Shown here: positions 52,917 to 62,102 of the stretch, piece by piece
How positions within the stretch are numbered: position 1 is the first letter of the stretch
Layout of the letters: each line of letters opens with the position of its first letter
The notes under the pieces: generated by a model
The model's database searches: none
Seen by the model: the letters and a program-made list of their open reading frames with translations, nothing else
Told to the model about the DNA's origin: nothing
Program-made: the position numbers and the translations under genes
Assembly: GCA_937996235.1 (NCBI GenBank)
Contig: CALKVK010000011.1
Location: forward strand, 49,767 to 113,766
Reading direction: 5' to 3'
Source: an uncultured bacterium
GTDB taxonomy: Bacteria; Planctomycetota; JAJSAM01; JAJVHW01
DNA: 64,000 bases

Positions 52917-54032
52917 ATGGAGTTCAAGGACCACGACCTGTGCGCGGCGCCGGAGACGCCGGCGTCGCCGCCGCGCGTCCGCTACGAGCGCCGACCCGTG
53001 AAGGGCCCGCGCGGCGAGTCGGTGGACGGCCTCTACGCGGCGTGGATCGTGCTCGACAACCCCGCGCAGTTGAACAGCTACACGACCGAGATGGTGAAGC
53101 ACGTCATCCTCGGCTTCCGCCGCGCGAGCAACGAGCGCGACGTCGTGGCGGTCGTCTTCACCGGCGAGGGGGACCGTGCGTTCTGCACGGGCGGCAACAC
53201 GGCGGAGTACGCGGAGTACTACGCGGGCCGCCCCGAGGAGTACCGCCAGTACATGCGGCTCTTCAACGACATGGTCACGTCGATCCTCGAGTGCGACAAG
53301 CCGGTCGTCTGCCGCGTCAACGGGATGCGCATCGCCGGGGGCCAGGAGATCGGCATGGCGTGCGACTTCACGGTCGCGTCCGATCTCGCCAACTTCGGGC
53401 AGGCCGGCCCGAAGCACGGCAGCGCGCCCGACGGCGGCTCGACCGACTTCCTGCCGCTCTACGTCGGCGTGGAGCGCGCGAACGAGAGCCTCGCGCTCTG
53501 CACGCCGTGGAGCGCCTACCGCGCGCTCGACTTCGGGCTGGTCACCGAGGTCGTGCCGACGCTGCTCGTGGACGACCGCCACGTCCCGAACCCGTTCGTC
53601 GTGACGGACCGCTACGTGGACGGCGGACGCCGTGTCTACGGCGAGTTCGTGACGGGCGCCGCGCGCGACGCCGCGAAGGCGCTGATGGCGCGCGGCCGCA
53701 ACGACCTGGGGCCGCTCGACGCCGCCGTGGACCGGCTCGTGACGTCGCTCCTGCTCACGTTCCCCGACTGCGTCGCGAAGACGCTGCAGAGCGCGCGCAA
53801 GCACAAGCGCGAGCACTGGGACAGGAACCGCGAGCAGAACCGCACGTGGCTCGGCCTGAACATGATGACCGAGGCGCACCTCGGCTTCCGCGCGTTCAAC
53901 GAAGGGCCGCGCGGGCGTCGCGAGGTCGACTTCGTCGAGCTGCGCCGGCGCCTCGCGGCGGGCGAGCGCTGGGGGCCGGAGTTCATCGAGTCGCTGATCC
54001 CGCGCGAGACCGCGGGCGGAGGGCGGCCGTGA
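52917..54032 (+). CDS. oah: Crotonase-fold protein of ~370 aa; candidate 6-oxocyclohex-1-ene-1-carbonyl-CoA hydrolase (ring-opening, Oah/BamA type)
   Basis: Crotonase core (VVAVVFTGEGDRAFCTGGN...VCRVNGMRIAGGQEIGMACDF) with a long C-terminal extension typical of Oah, not of short enoyl-CoA hydratases. Context supports the call. Confidence 0.6.
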   Translation: MEFKDHDLCAAPETPASPPRVRYERRPVKGPRGESVDGLYAAWIVLDNPAQLNSYTTEMVKHVILGFRRASNERDVVAVVFTGEGDRAFCTGGNTAEYAEYYAGRPEEYRQYMRLFNDMVTSILECDKPVVCRVNGMRIAGGQEIGMACDFTVASDLANFGQAGPKHGSAPDGGSTDFLPLYVGVERANESLALCTPWSAYRALDFGLVTEVVPTLLVDDRHVPNPFVVTDRYVDGGRRVYGEFVTGAARDAAKALMARGRNDLGPLDAAVDRLVTSLLLTFPDCVAKTLQSARKHKREHWDRNREQNRTWLGLNMMTEAHLGFRAFNEGPRGRREVDFVELRRRLAAGERWGPEFIESLIPRETAGGGRP

Positions 54033-54802
54033 GCGGCTACCGTCGCATCCGCGTCGAGGAGACGCACGAGGGGCGGCGCCTGCGCATCGCGCTCGCTGCC
54101 GGGCGTGGCAACGTGCTCGACGTCGCGACGACGACGGAGCTCGCGGACGCCCTCGAGACGTTCACGCGCGGGCGCCACCTGCGCTGCGTCGCGATCGAAG
54201 CCGAGGGCCCGCACTTCTCGTTCGGTGCGTCGGTGCCGGAGCACGCGCCCGAGAGTGCGCCGGCGCTGCTCGAGGGACTCCACGCCGTCGTGCGCGCGCT
54301 GCTGCGGAGCGACGTGCCCGTGACGGCCGCCGTCCGCGGCGCGTGTCTCGGCGGCGGACTCGAGCTCGTGTTGCCGTGCCACCGCATCTTCGCGTCCCCG
54401 GGCGCGCGGCTCGGCCAGCCCGAGATCACGCTCGGCATGTTCGCGCCCGCGGGCAGCGCCCTGCTGCCGGGGCGCGTCGGACGCGCGATGGCCGAGGACC
54501 TGCTGCTCACGGGGCGCACGCTCAACGCCGACGACGCGCTCGCGTGCGGGCTGGTGGACGAGGTCCACGAGGACCCCGAGGCCGCGGCAGCCGCCTGGTT
54601 CGAGACGCATCTCCTGCCGCGCAGCGCCGTCGCGCTGCGCGCCGCGACCGACGCCGCCCGTGCGTCGTGGGTCGCGCACGTCGAGGCGACGCTCGACACG
54701 CTCGAGGCCGCGTTCCTCGACGACCTCCTGCGCACCGAGGACGCGCAGGAGGGCATCCGTTCGTTCCTCGAGAAGCGCACGCCGCAGTGGGTGGATGCAT
54801 GA
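54029..54802 (+). CDS. dch: Enoyl-CoA hydratase/isomerase; candidate cyclohexa-1,5-diene-1-carbonyl-CoA hydratase
   Basis: GTG start overlapping the oah stop (GTGA). 257 aa crotonase (AAVRGACLGGGLELVLPCH). Confidence 0.65.
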   Translation: MSGYRRIRVEETHEGRRLRIALAAGRGNVLDVATTTELADALETFTRGRHLRCVAIEAEGPHFSFGASVPEHAPESAPALLEGLHAVVRALLRSDVPVTAAVRGACLGGGLELVLPCHRIFASPGARLGQPEITLGMFAPAGSALLPGRVGRAMAEDLLLTGRTLNADDALACGLVDEVHEDPEAAAAAWFETHLLPRSAVALRAATDAARASWVAHVEATLDTLEAAFLDDLLRTEDAQEGIRSFLEKRTPQWVDA

Positions 54803-55974
54803 CCGCCACGACACGCACGCCCGCGGAGATCGCCGCCTGGGCGGAGCAGCTCTACTACGACCTCGACTTCGCCGCGCCGCGCGCGTGGAAGGAGCGCACG
54901 GGCGGGAGCGCGATCGGCTTCATGCCCGTGTACGCGCCGCGCGAGATCGTGCACGCCGCGGGCGCGCTGCCGGTCGGCATCGTGGGCGCGGGCGACTGGC
55001 TCGAGGTGATCCGCGGCGACGCGTTCTACCAGAGCTATCTCTGCCACATCCCGCGCAGCACGATCGACCTCGCGGAGACGGGCCGACTCGACTTCCTCGA
55101 CGGCATGCTGTTCCCGTCCACGTGCGACGTGATCCGCAACCTCTCCGGCATGTGGCAGCTCCTGCGCCCCGGCGCCTACGTGCGCTACGTGGACGTGCCG
55201 CAGAACTACGTCAAGGGCGTCGGCGGCACCTTCTGGGAGCACGAGCTGCGCGCGCTCGCCCGGGAGCTCGGCGAGCTGACGGGGACGCCGGTCACGGACG
55301 AGCGCCTGCGCGCGTCGACGGCCCTCTACGACGACAACCGCCGCGCGGTGCGCGAGCTGTACGCGCTGCGCCGCGACGAGCCGGAGCGCGCTCCGACCTC
55401 CGAGGTCTACCTGGTCCTGCGCGCGGGACACGTGCTCGACGTCGCCACGCACACCGCGCTCGTGCGCGAGTACGTGGCCGCCGCGCGCGCCGCGACGCCG
55501 CCCGCGCTCGACAACGCGCGCGTCGTCGTCTGCGGCGCGTTCTGCGAGCAGCCGCCGCTCGGACTCATCAAGACCATCGAGCGCAGCGGCTGCTTCGTCG
55601 TGGACGACGACCTGCTGCTCGTGTCGCGCTGGTTCTCGCGCGACGTGGGCGCCGCCGGCGACCCGTTCGCGGCGCTCTCGCGCGCGTTCCTCGAGGACAC
55701 CGTGCCGACGGCGGTCATGTACGCGGCCGAGGCCGGCCGCGGCAAGGCGCTCGTGCAGCGCGTGCGCGCGGCCCGCGCCGAGGGCGTGATCTTCGCCGCG
55801 CCGTCGTTCTGCATCCCGGCGCTCCTCGACCAGCCGATGCTCGCGGCCGAGCTCGACCGCGAAGGCATCCCGTACACGGCCTTCAAGTACGCGGAGAACA
55901 CGGGCCAGTTCCATCCGATCCGCGAACAGACCGGCACCTTCGCCGACACCATGAAGCTCTGGAGCGTCGCATGA
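54799..55974 (+). CDS. bcrC: Benzoyl-CoA reductase subunit C-like (HgdB / 2-hydroxyacyl-CoA dehydratase component family)
   Basis: 391 aa, ATGA overlap with dch. HgdB/BadD-type Cys pattern and size. First of four co-linear bcr/bad-type genes in C-B-A-D order. Confidence 0.7.
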   Translation: MTATTRTPAEIAAWAEQLYYDLDFAAPRAWKERTGGSAIGFMPVYAPREIVHAAGALPVGIVGAGDWLEVIRGDAFYQSYLCHIPRSTIDLAETGRLDFLDGMLFPSTCDVIRNLSGMWQLLRPGAYVRYVDVPQNYVKGVGGTFWEHELRALARELGELTGTPVTDERLRASTALYDDNRRAVRELYALRRDEPERAPTSEVYLVLRAGHVLDVATHTALVREYVAAARAATPPALDNARVVVCGAFCEQPPLGLIKTIERSGCFVVDDDLLLVSRWFSRDVGAAGDPFAALSRAFLEDTVPTAVMYAAEAGRGKALVQRVRAARAEGVIFAAPSFCIPALLDQPMLAAELDREGIPYTAFKYAENTGQFHPIREQTGTFADTMKLWSVA

Positions 55975-57296
55975 GCACCATCCCGCCGCCGACCCGCCTG
56001 AACCCTGCCGCGCAGCAGCGCGACGACGCCGAGAAGGACCGCAGCATGGTCCGCCAGAAGGAGCTCATCGCGGCGTACTACGAGCGCCTCGCGCAGGCCC
56101 CCGAGCGCGGCGAGAAGACCGTCGCGACGTTCGTCCCCGGCAACCTCGCCGAGCTGATCCAGTGCTTCGACCTCGTGCCGATCCTGCCCGAGATCAACGC
56201 GCTGCAGTCCGGCATGCGCAAGCGCTCGGGCGGCTTCATCACCGAGGCCGAGCGCCTCGGTCACTCCGAGGACGTGTGCACGTACGTGAAGTGCGACATC
56301 GGCATGCTCCACGGCGGCAACATCGGGCCGACCGGCGCACCGCTGCCGACGCCCGATCTCCTGCTGCTCTCGTACACCGGCTGCTTCACGTTCATGAAGT
56401 GGTTCGAGCTGCTGCGCGAGGAGTGCGACCGCCCGTCGGTGATGCTGCAGGTGCCGTACCAGGCGCGCGGCGAGATCACGCCCGAGATGAAGGCGTACGT
56501 GGTGCGGCAGCTCGAGAGCGAGGTGATCCCCGCGCTCGAGAAGCTGAGCGGCGTGCGCTTCGACATCGACCGGCTGCGCGAGAAGCTCGAGCTCTCGCGG
56601 CGCGCCGAGGACGACCTCGTCGCGGTGCTCGAGTCGGCGAAGAACCGGCCCTCCCCCATCGACGCGTACTTCGGCGGCGTCTACTACATCGGCCCGATCT
56701 TCACGGCGTTCCGCGGCACCGAGGAGGGCTGCGAGTACTACCGGCTCCTGCGCGACGAGGTCGCACAGCGCGTCAACGCGATGCGCGGGCCGACCACGCC
56801 CGAGGGCGAGGTCACGGACGAGCGCTTCCGGCTCGTCGTGGAAGGACCGCCCAACTGGACCGACTTCCGCGAGTTCTGGAAGATGTTCTACGACGAAGGC
56901 GCCGTCGTCGTCGCGAGCACGTACACCAAGGTCGGCGGGCTCTACGACCGCGGCTTCCGCCACGACCCCGCGGATCCGCTCGGCTCGCTGGCCGAGTACT
57001 GCCTCGGCTGCTACACGAACCTCTCGCTGCCGAAGCGCGTCGAGCTGATCTCCGACTACGTGCGCGAGTACGGCGCCGACGGCTTCCTGATCAACAGCGT
57101 GAAGAGCTGCGCGAGCTTCAGCGCCGGGCAGCTCCTGATCCTGCGCGAGGTCGAGAAGCGCACCGGGCGCGCCGGCGCGTTCATCGAGAGCGACCTGGTG
57201 GACCCGCGCTACTTCAGCGCGGCCAACATCAAGAACCGCATCGAGAGCTATCTGCAGATGGTCGAGCAGAAGCGCGCATCGGGGGTGACGTCGTGA
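55971..57296 (+). CDS. bcrB: Benzoyl-CoA reductase subunit B-like (HgdA family)
   Basis: 441 aa, ATGA overlap with bcrC. HgdA-like (CTYVKCDIGMLHG, ...SVKSCASFSAG). Confidence 0.7.
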   Translation: MSTIPPPTRLNPAAQQRDDAEKDRSMVRQKELIAAYYERLAQAPERGEKTVATFVPGNLAELIQCFDLVPILPEINALQSGMRKRSGGFITEAERLGHSEDVCTYVKCDIGMLHGGNIGPTGAPLPTPDLLLLSYTGCFTFMKWFELLREECDRPSVMLQVPYQARGEITPEMKAYVVRQLESEVIPALEKLSGVRFDIDRLREKLELSRRAEDDLVAVLESAKNRPSPIDAYFGGVYYIGPIFTAFRGTEEGCEYYRLLRDEVAQRVNAMRGPTTPEGEVTDERFRLVVEGPPNWTDFREFWKMFYDEGAVVVASTYTKVGGLYDRGFRHDPADPLGSLAEYCLGCYTNLSLPKRVELISDYVREYGADGFLINSVKSCASFSAGQLLILREVEKRTGRAGAFIESDLVDPRYFSAANIKNRIESYLQMVEQKRASGVTS

Positions 57297-58633
57297 GGTG
57301 CTTCGTCGGCATCGACCTCGGCTCCACGACCAGCAAGGCGGTCGTCCTCGACGACGACGGCGCCGTGCTCGGCCGCGGCATCACGAACAGCCGCTCGAAC
57401 TACGAGATGGCGAGCGCGGTCGCGCGCACCGAGGCCTACGTGACGGCGCGCTTCACGCTCTTCGAGCGCGGACTCGCCGCACGGCTCGAGGAGCGGCCCG
57501 CGCGCGACCGCGACCGTCTCGCGTCGGCGCTCAAGCGCTCGTTCCGCCTGCAGCAGTACCTCACGCAGCTCGACAGCCTCGAGCGCGCGGCCGAGGACGA
57601 GCTCGACGCACGGCGCTACGCCGATCGCCGCGCGCGTGTGCGCCCGCGGCTGCGTGAGGTCTTCGTGCGGCTGCGCGACGGCGCGCCCGCGCTCTTCGGC
57701 GAGGACGCGAAGCGCAAGAGCGACTTCTTCCGCGACATCGCGGGCGCGGAGTACCAGGTCGCCGCGGAAGAGGCGGCGCACCCGCAGGACGCGCCGTTCG
57801 GTCTGCTGGTCGCGCTCTACGACAAGGCGATCCTGCGCGTCGAGAACGAGCAGCTCGAGCTCGGCTTCGAGGCGAACGTCGAGCCGGCCCTCGAGCGCGT
57901 CGTGGCGCGCGCCGACGCCCACGTGCGCGAGGCCGCGCGCGCGGCGGCGCAGGACGCGGCGGACGCGGAGCTGACCGAGGTGCGCGCCGTCGGCACCGGG
58001 TACGGCCGCGCGCGGCTGCCGTTCCCGCGCGACCAGATCCGCAGCGAGATCCTGTGCCACGGGCTCGGCGCACACGCGATGTTCCCGCGCACGCGCACCG
58101 TCCTCGACATCGGCGGCCAGGACACGAAGGCGATCCAGGTCGACGACGCGGGCATCGTGACGAGCTTCCAGATGAACGACCGCTGTGCCGCGGGGTGCGG
58201 GCGCTACCTCGGCTACATCGCCGACGAGATGAACCTCGGCCTGCACGAGCTGGGACCGCTCGCGCAGACGGCGCAGCGCACCGTGCGCATCTCCTCCACC
58301 TGCACGGTCTTCGCCGGTGCGGAGCTGCGCGAGCGCCTCGCGCTCGGCGAGAAGCGCGAGGACATCCTCTCGGGTCTGCACCGCGCGATCGTGCTGCGGG
58401 CGATGAGCCTCCTCGCGCGCTCGGGCGGCGTCGAGGAGCAGTTCACGTTCACGGGCGGCGTCGCCAACAACGCCGCGGCGGTCGCCGCGCTGCGCGACCT
58501 CGTCGCCGAGAACTACGGCGAGCGCACGCTCAACATCTCGCCCGACTCGATCTACACGGGGGCGCTCGGCGCCGCGCTCTTCGCGCTGCGCGACGTGCAG
58601 CGCACGCACACGACCGCGGAGGTGGCGGCATGA
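57293..58633 (+). CDS. bcrA: Benzoyl-CoA reductase subunit A-like (BadF/BadG/BcrA/BcrD ATPase family, long form)
   Basis: GTGA overlap with bcrB. N-terminal acetate/sugar-kinase-type ATPase motif VGIDLGSTTSKAVV and a second ATPase half (VLDIGGQDTKAIQV). ~170-aa insertion, as in the BcrA alpha subunit. Confidence 0.7.
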   Translation: MRCFVGIDLGSTTSKAVVLDDDGAVLGRGITNSRSNYEMASAVARTEAYVTARFTLFERGLAARLEERPARDRDRLASALKRSFRLQQYLTQLDSLERAAEDELDARRYADRRARVRPRLREVFVRLRDGAPALFGEDAKRKSDFFRDIAGAEYQVAAEEAAHPQDAPFGLLVALYDKAILRVENEQLELGFEANVEPALERVVARADAHVREAARAAAQDAADAELTEVRAVGTGYGRARLPFPRDQIRSEILCHGLGAHAMFPRTRTVLDIGGQDTKAIQVDDAGIVTSFQMNDRCAAGCGRYLGYIADEMNLGLHELGPLAQTAQRTVRISSTCTVFAGAELRERLALGEKREDILSGLHRAIVLRAMSLLARSGGVEEQFTFTGGVANNAAAVAALRDLVAENYGERTLNISPDSIYTGALGAALFALRDVQRTHTTAEVAA

Positions 58634-59457
58634 TCGTCGCAGGCGGCATCGACGTGGGCGCGGGCGCGGTGAAGGCCGCGCTCGTGCGGACCGACAACCG
58701 CGGGAACGACGAGCTGCTCGGCGCGCACGTCGAGCGCATCCGGCGCCGCGAGCCGCGCGCCGTGATCGAGGCGACGTGGCAGACGGCGCTCGAGCACGCG
58801 GGGCTGGCCGCGCGCGACGTGGAGTACGTCGCGACGACCGGCGACGGCGAGCTCGTGGACTTCCGCCGCGGGCACTTCTACTCGATGACGACGCACGCGC
58901 GCGGCGCGCAGTTCCTGATCCCGGAGACGACGCTCGTGCTCGACGCGGGAGCGCTCCACGCGCGCGCGATCCACATCGACGCGCGCGCGAAGCCGCTCGC
59001 CTACCGCATGACGAGCCAGTGCGCATCGGGCAGCGGGCAGTTCCTCGAGAACATCGCACGGTATCTCGGCGTCGCGCTCGACGAGGTCGGCGAGCTGTCG
59101 CTCACGTCGCGCAACCCGGAGCTCGTCAGCTCCATCTGCGCCGTGCTCTCCGAGACCGACGTCATCAACATGGTCAGCCGCGGCATCGCGACGGCGGACA
59201 TCCTGAAGGGCATCCACCTCTCGATGGCCGGACGCTTCGCGCGGCTCGTGCGCGCGCTCGCGGACAGCGGCGTGCTGACGTTCACGGGCGGCCTCTCCGC
59301 CGACGTCGGGCTCGTGGCCGCGACGCGCGAGGAACTCGCGAAGGCGGGCGTCACGATCGAGGTGCGCGCGCACCCGCAGTCGATCCTCGCCGGCGCGATC
59401 GGGGCGGGGCTGTGGGGCGCGTTCCGGCACGAGCGCCTGCTCGCGCGCGCGTCGTGA
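58630..59457 (+). CDS. bcrD: Benzoyl-CoA reductase subunit D-like (BadG/BcrD ATPase family, short form)
   Basis: 275 aa, ATGA overlap with bcrA. GIDVGAGAVKAALV ... LDAGALHARAIHID ATPase motifs. Confidence 0.7.
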   Translation: MIVAGGIDVGAGAVKAALVRTDNRGNDELLGAHVERIRRREPRAVIEATWQTALEHAGLAARDVEYVATTGDGELVDFRRGHFYSMTTHARGAQFLIPETTLVLDAGALHARAIHIDARAKPLAYRMTSQCASGSGQFLENIARYLGVALDEVGELSLTSRNPELVSSICAVLSETDVINMVSRGIATADILKGIHLSMAGRFARLVRALADSGVLTFTGGLSADVGLVAATREELAKAGVTIEVRAHPQSILAGAIGAGLWGAFRHERLLARAS

Positions 59458-60179
59458 CACACGCGGCCCCCGCCGACGGACTCGCCGGGCGCGTGGCGCT
59501 CGTCACGGGCGCGGCCTCCGGCATCGGCGCGGCGGTGGTGCGCGCGCTCGCCGCGTGCGACGTGCGCGTGGCGGGAGTGGACCTGCGCCACGCCGACGGC
59601 TGCGCGGCGAGCGTCGTCGCGGACGTCGGCGACGCGGACGGCGTCGCGCGCGCCGTCGACGAGGTCGTGGAGCGCCTCGGCCCGCCGACGCTCGCCGTGC
59701 ACGCGGCGGGCATCGCGCGCGACGCCGTCCACTGGAAGCTCCCGCTCGACGACTGGGACGCGGTGCTGCGCGTGAACCTGACCGGCGCGTTCCTGCTCCT
59801 GCGCGCCGTCACGCCGCACGTGCGTACGGCCGGCCGCGGCTCCGTGGTGCTCGTCGGCAGCATCAACGGGCGGCGCGGCAAGTTCGGTCAGGCCGCGTAC
59901 GCGGCGAGCAAGGCCGGCCTCGTCGGCCTCGCCCGGACGGCGGCGCGCGAGGTCGGGCGCTTCGGCGGGCGCGTCAACGTCGTCGCCCCGGGCATGGTGG
60001 ACACGCCGATGACGCGCGACCTGCCCGAGGAGTTCCGCGCGAAGGCCGCCGCCGAGTCGGTGCTCGGCCGCATCGCGACCGCCGACGAGATCGCCGCGTG
60101 CGTGCGCTTCCTGCTGTCGGACGACGCGCGCCACGTCACCGGGCAGGTGCTCGCCGTGGACGGCGGACAGGACATGTGA
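59454..60179 (+). CDS. SDR-family oxidoreductase (FabG/BadH-like)
   Basis: GTGA overlap with bcrD. TGAASGIG, NAG(I), and catalytic YAASKAG. Confidence 0.85.
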   Translation: MTHAAPADGLAGRVALVTGAASGIGAAVVRALAACDVRVAGVDLRHADGCAASVVADVGDADGVARAVDEVVERLGPPTLAVHAAGIARDAVHWKLPLDDWDAVLRVNLTGAFLLLRAVTPHVRTAGRGSVVLVGSINGRRGKFGQAAYAASKAGLVGLARTAAREVGRFGGRVNVVAPGMVDTPMTRDLPEEFRAKAAAESVLGRIATADEIAACVRFLLSDDARHVTGQVLAVDGGQDM

Positions 60180-60228
60180 CGGGAGATGTGAGTCGCGGCG
60201 CGCGACGCCGCCCGAAGGAGTCACTCCG

Positions 60229-60714
60229 ATGCTGGACGATCGACCCCTCGAGCCGGGGCTCCTGCCCACGGACTCGGTGCTCGTGCGCGCCCTCGCGGAC
60301 GCCGACCTCGCCGCGATCGTGAAGATCGACGCGGCGTCGATGGGCCGCCCGCGCGAGGAGTACTACCGCGCGAAGTTCCGCGAGTCGCACGCCGAGGCCC
60401 CCGGCCCTCGCACGAGCCTGGTCGCCGAGGTGGACGGCCACGTCGTCGGCTTCCTGCTCGCGCGCGTCTACTACGGCGAGTTCGGGCGGGCCGAGCCCGT
60501 GGCCGTCGTGGACTCGGTGGGCGTCGATCCGCGCTTCCGCGGCCGCCACGTCGGCCAGGCGCTCCTGCGGCAGCTCCTCATGAACCTGCGGGCGCTGCAC
60601 GTCGAGCGCGTGCAGACCGAGGTCGACTGGGAGCAGCTCGACCTGCTGCACTTCCTGCAGCGGAACGGCTTCGCGCCGGCCCGCCGGTTCTGCCTCGAGC
60701 GCACGCTCGGCTGA
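60229..60714 (+). CDS. GNAT-family N-acetyltransferase
   Basis: Acetyl-CoA-binding motif VGVDPRFRGRHVGQALLRQL. Confidence 0.8.
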   Translation: MLDDRPLEPGLLPTDSVLVRALADADLAAIVKIDAASMGRPREEYYRAKFRESHAEAPGPRTSLVAEVDGHVVGFLLARVYYGEFGRAEPVAVVDSVGVDPRFRGRHVGQALLRQLLMNLRALHVERVQTEVDWEQLDLLHFLQRNGFAPARRFCLERTLG

Positions 60715-61083
60715 GCCGACGGCGCGCGCCGCTTCGGCGGACGGGCACCACGTCGGGCGAACCGGCCCGGCGTCAGCGGGCCGGCGGCGGCGCGTGGGCG
60801 TCGTCCCGCGCGCAGGCGGCGCCCGTCGGGAGCGGCACGAACTGCGCCACCACGATGCCGACGAGGAGTCCGCCCAGGCCCGCCGTCGGTACGGCGGCGA
60901 ACCGCTCGAGCGCGAGCCCGGCGAGCGCGCAGAGGATCACGACCGCGATCCTGCGGGGGTGTTTCAGGGCTCAGAGCACGGCGACGCCTCCTGGACGGAG
61001 AACGCGCGCGCCGCGCCGGGCAGTCCCGGATGGCGGGCGGTGGGAAGGGCACCGCCCGCCGCAGGGAAGGATGCGGACCGGCC

Positions 61084-61935
61084 CTACTCGATCGTGGGGA
61101 AGAAGCCGCGGAGGACGGCGCCGCCCGAGGCGTCGCGGACCTCGACGTCGAGCCCCGCCAGGTCGAGCACGCTCGTGCCGCCGGCGATCTCGGCGTCGTT
61201 CGTGTCGAGACGCAGGACGCCGGCGCCGCGGCGCCCGCGCGTCGTGATCTCGCCGAGCTCGATCTCGTCGCCGTCGCCCTCGATCACGACGACCGTGTAG
61301 GGGCCCGCGTCGGTCGGCAGCGCGAGCACCTCCACCGAGACCCGCTCGCGCGTGCCGCGCGGACGCGAGACGTAGTCGGCGTCCATCCGGCCGAGGGCGT
61401 CGCTCCCGTCCTCCACCGCGCGCAGCCGGCTCGCATCGTGCCCGTGGACACGCGAGCGCGGCGAGTCGCCGTCGCCGAGGGCGCGGAACGAGGGGATGCT
61501 GCCGGACAGCACGACGGTCTCGCCGTCGCGCACCTCGAGCGTCCCGCCACCGAACTGTGTGACGCTCGAAATGTCGCTCGGGAAGTCGTTGCGCCGGCTG
61601 TCGAACTTGAAGCGGGCGTTGCCGCGGCGGTTGAGGCGCATGGCGCCGAAATCAGCCTCGTTCTGGTCGCCGTCGATGAGCCAGACGTGGTACTCCGGAG
61701 CGCTCTCGGACTCGCCGGAGGACGTGTCGAGATGCACCGCACTGACGCCGATCTTGTCGCGCGTCGTGGCGCGTGAGTCCCGCGTGATCAGGTGGAACTC
61801 GCCGCGCGCCCGGCTGCTGTCGTCCGGGCTCCGCAGTCGCCCGTGGACCTGGCTCGTCGTCACCGCGGCGAGCGCCGCGCCGGCGCCTGCCAGGAGCGCC
61901 GCGGCCACCGCGGTGCGGATCGTCGTGTTCAGCAT
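61084..61935 (-). CDS. Secreted hypothetical protein with an internal ~100-aa duplication
   Basis: ATG at complement 61933-61935 preceded by GGAGG. Signal peptide MLNTTIRTAVAAALLAGAGAALA. Two similar halves (...IDGDQNEADFGAMRL... / ...IEGDGDEIELGEITT...). Confidence 0.5.
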   Translation of the reverse strand: MLNTTIRTAVAAALLAGAGAALAAVTTSQVHGRLRSPDDSSRARGEFHLITRDSRATTRDKIGVSAVHLDTSSGESESAPEYHVWLIDGDQNEADFGAMRLNRRGNARFKFDSRRNDFPSDISSVTQFGGGTLEVRDGETVVLSGSIPSFRALGDGDSPRSRVHGHDASRLRAVEDGSDALGRMDADYVSRPRGTRERVSVEVLALPTDAGPYTVVVIEGDGDEIELGEITTRGRRGAGVLRLDTNDAEIAGGTSVLDLAGLDVEVRDASGGAVLRGFFPTIE

Positions 61936-62102
61936 GCGATCACCCCTCCGTTCCGGCCGTCCCGTCTCGCTGCGTCCCATCCGAGCGGGTCCCGACTCGC
62001 GGGGCCCGAGGCACACCGGCCGCGCGTGCGCCTCGACACCTCCTCCGAGCCGCCCGCTCCCACGTTACGAGCCCGTTCCCGGGCGGGCCGGGCGGGGCCG
62101 CC

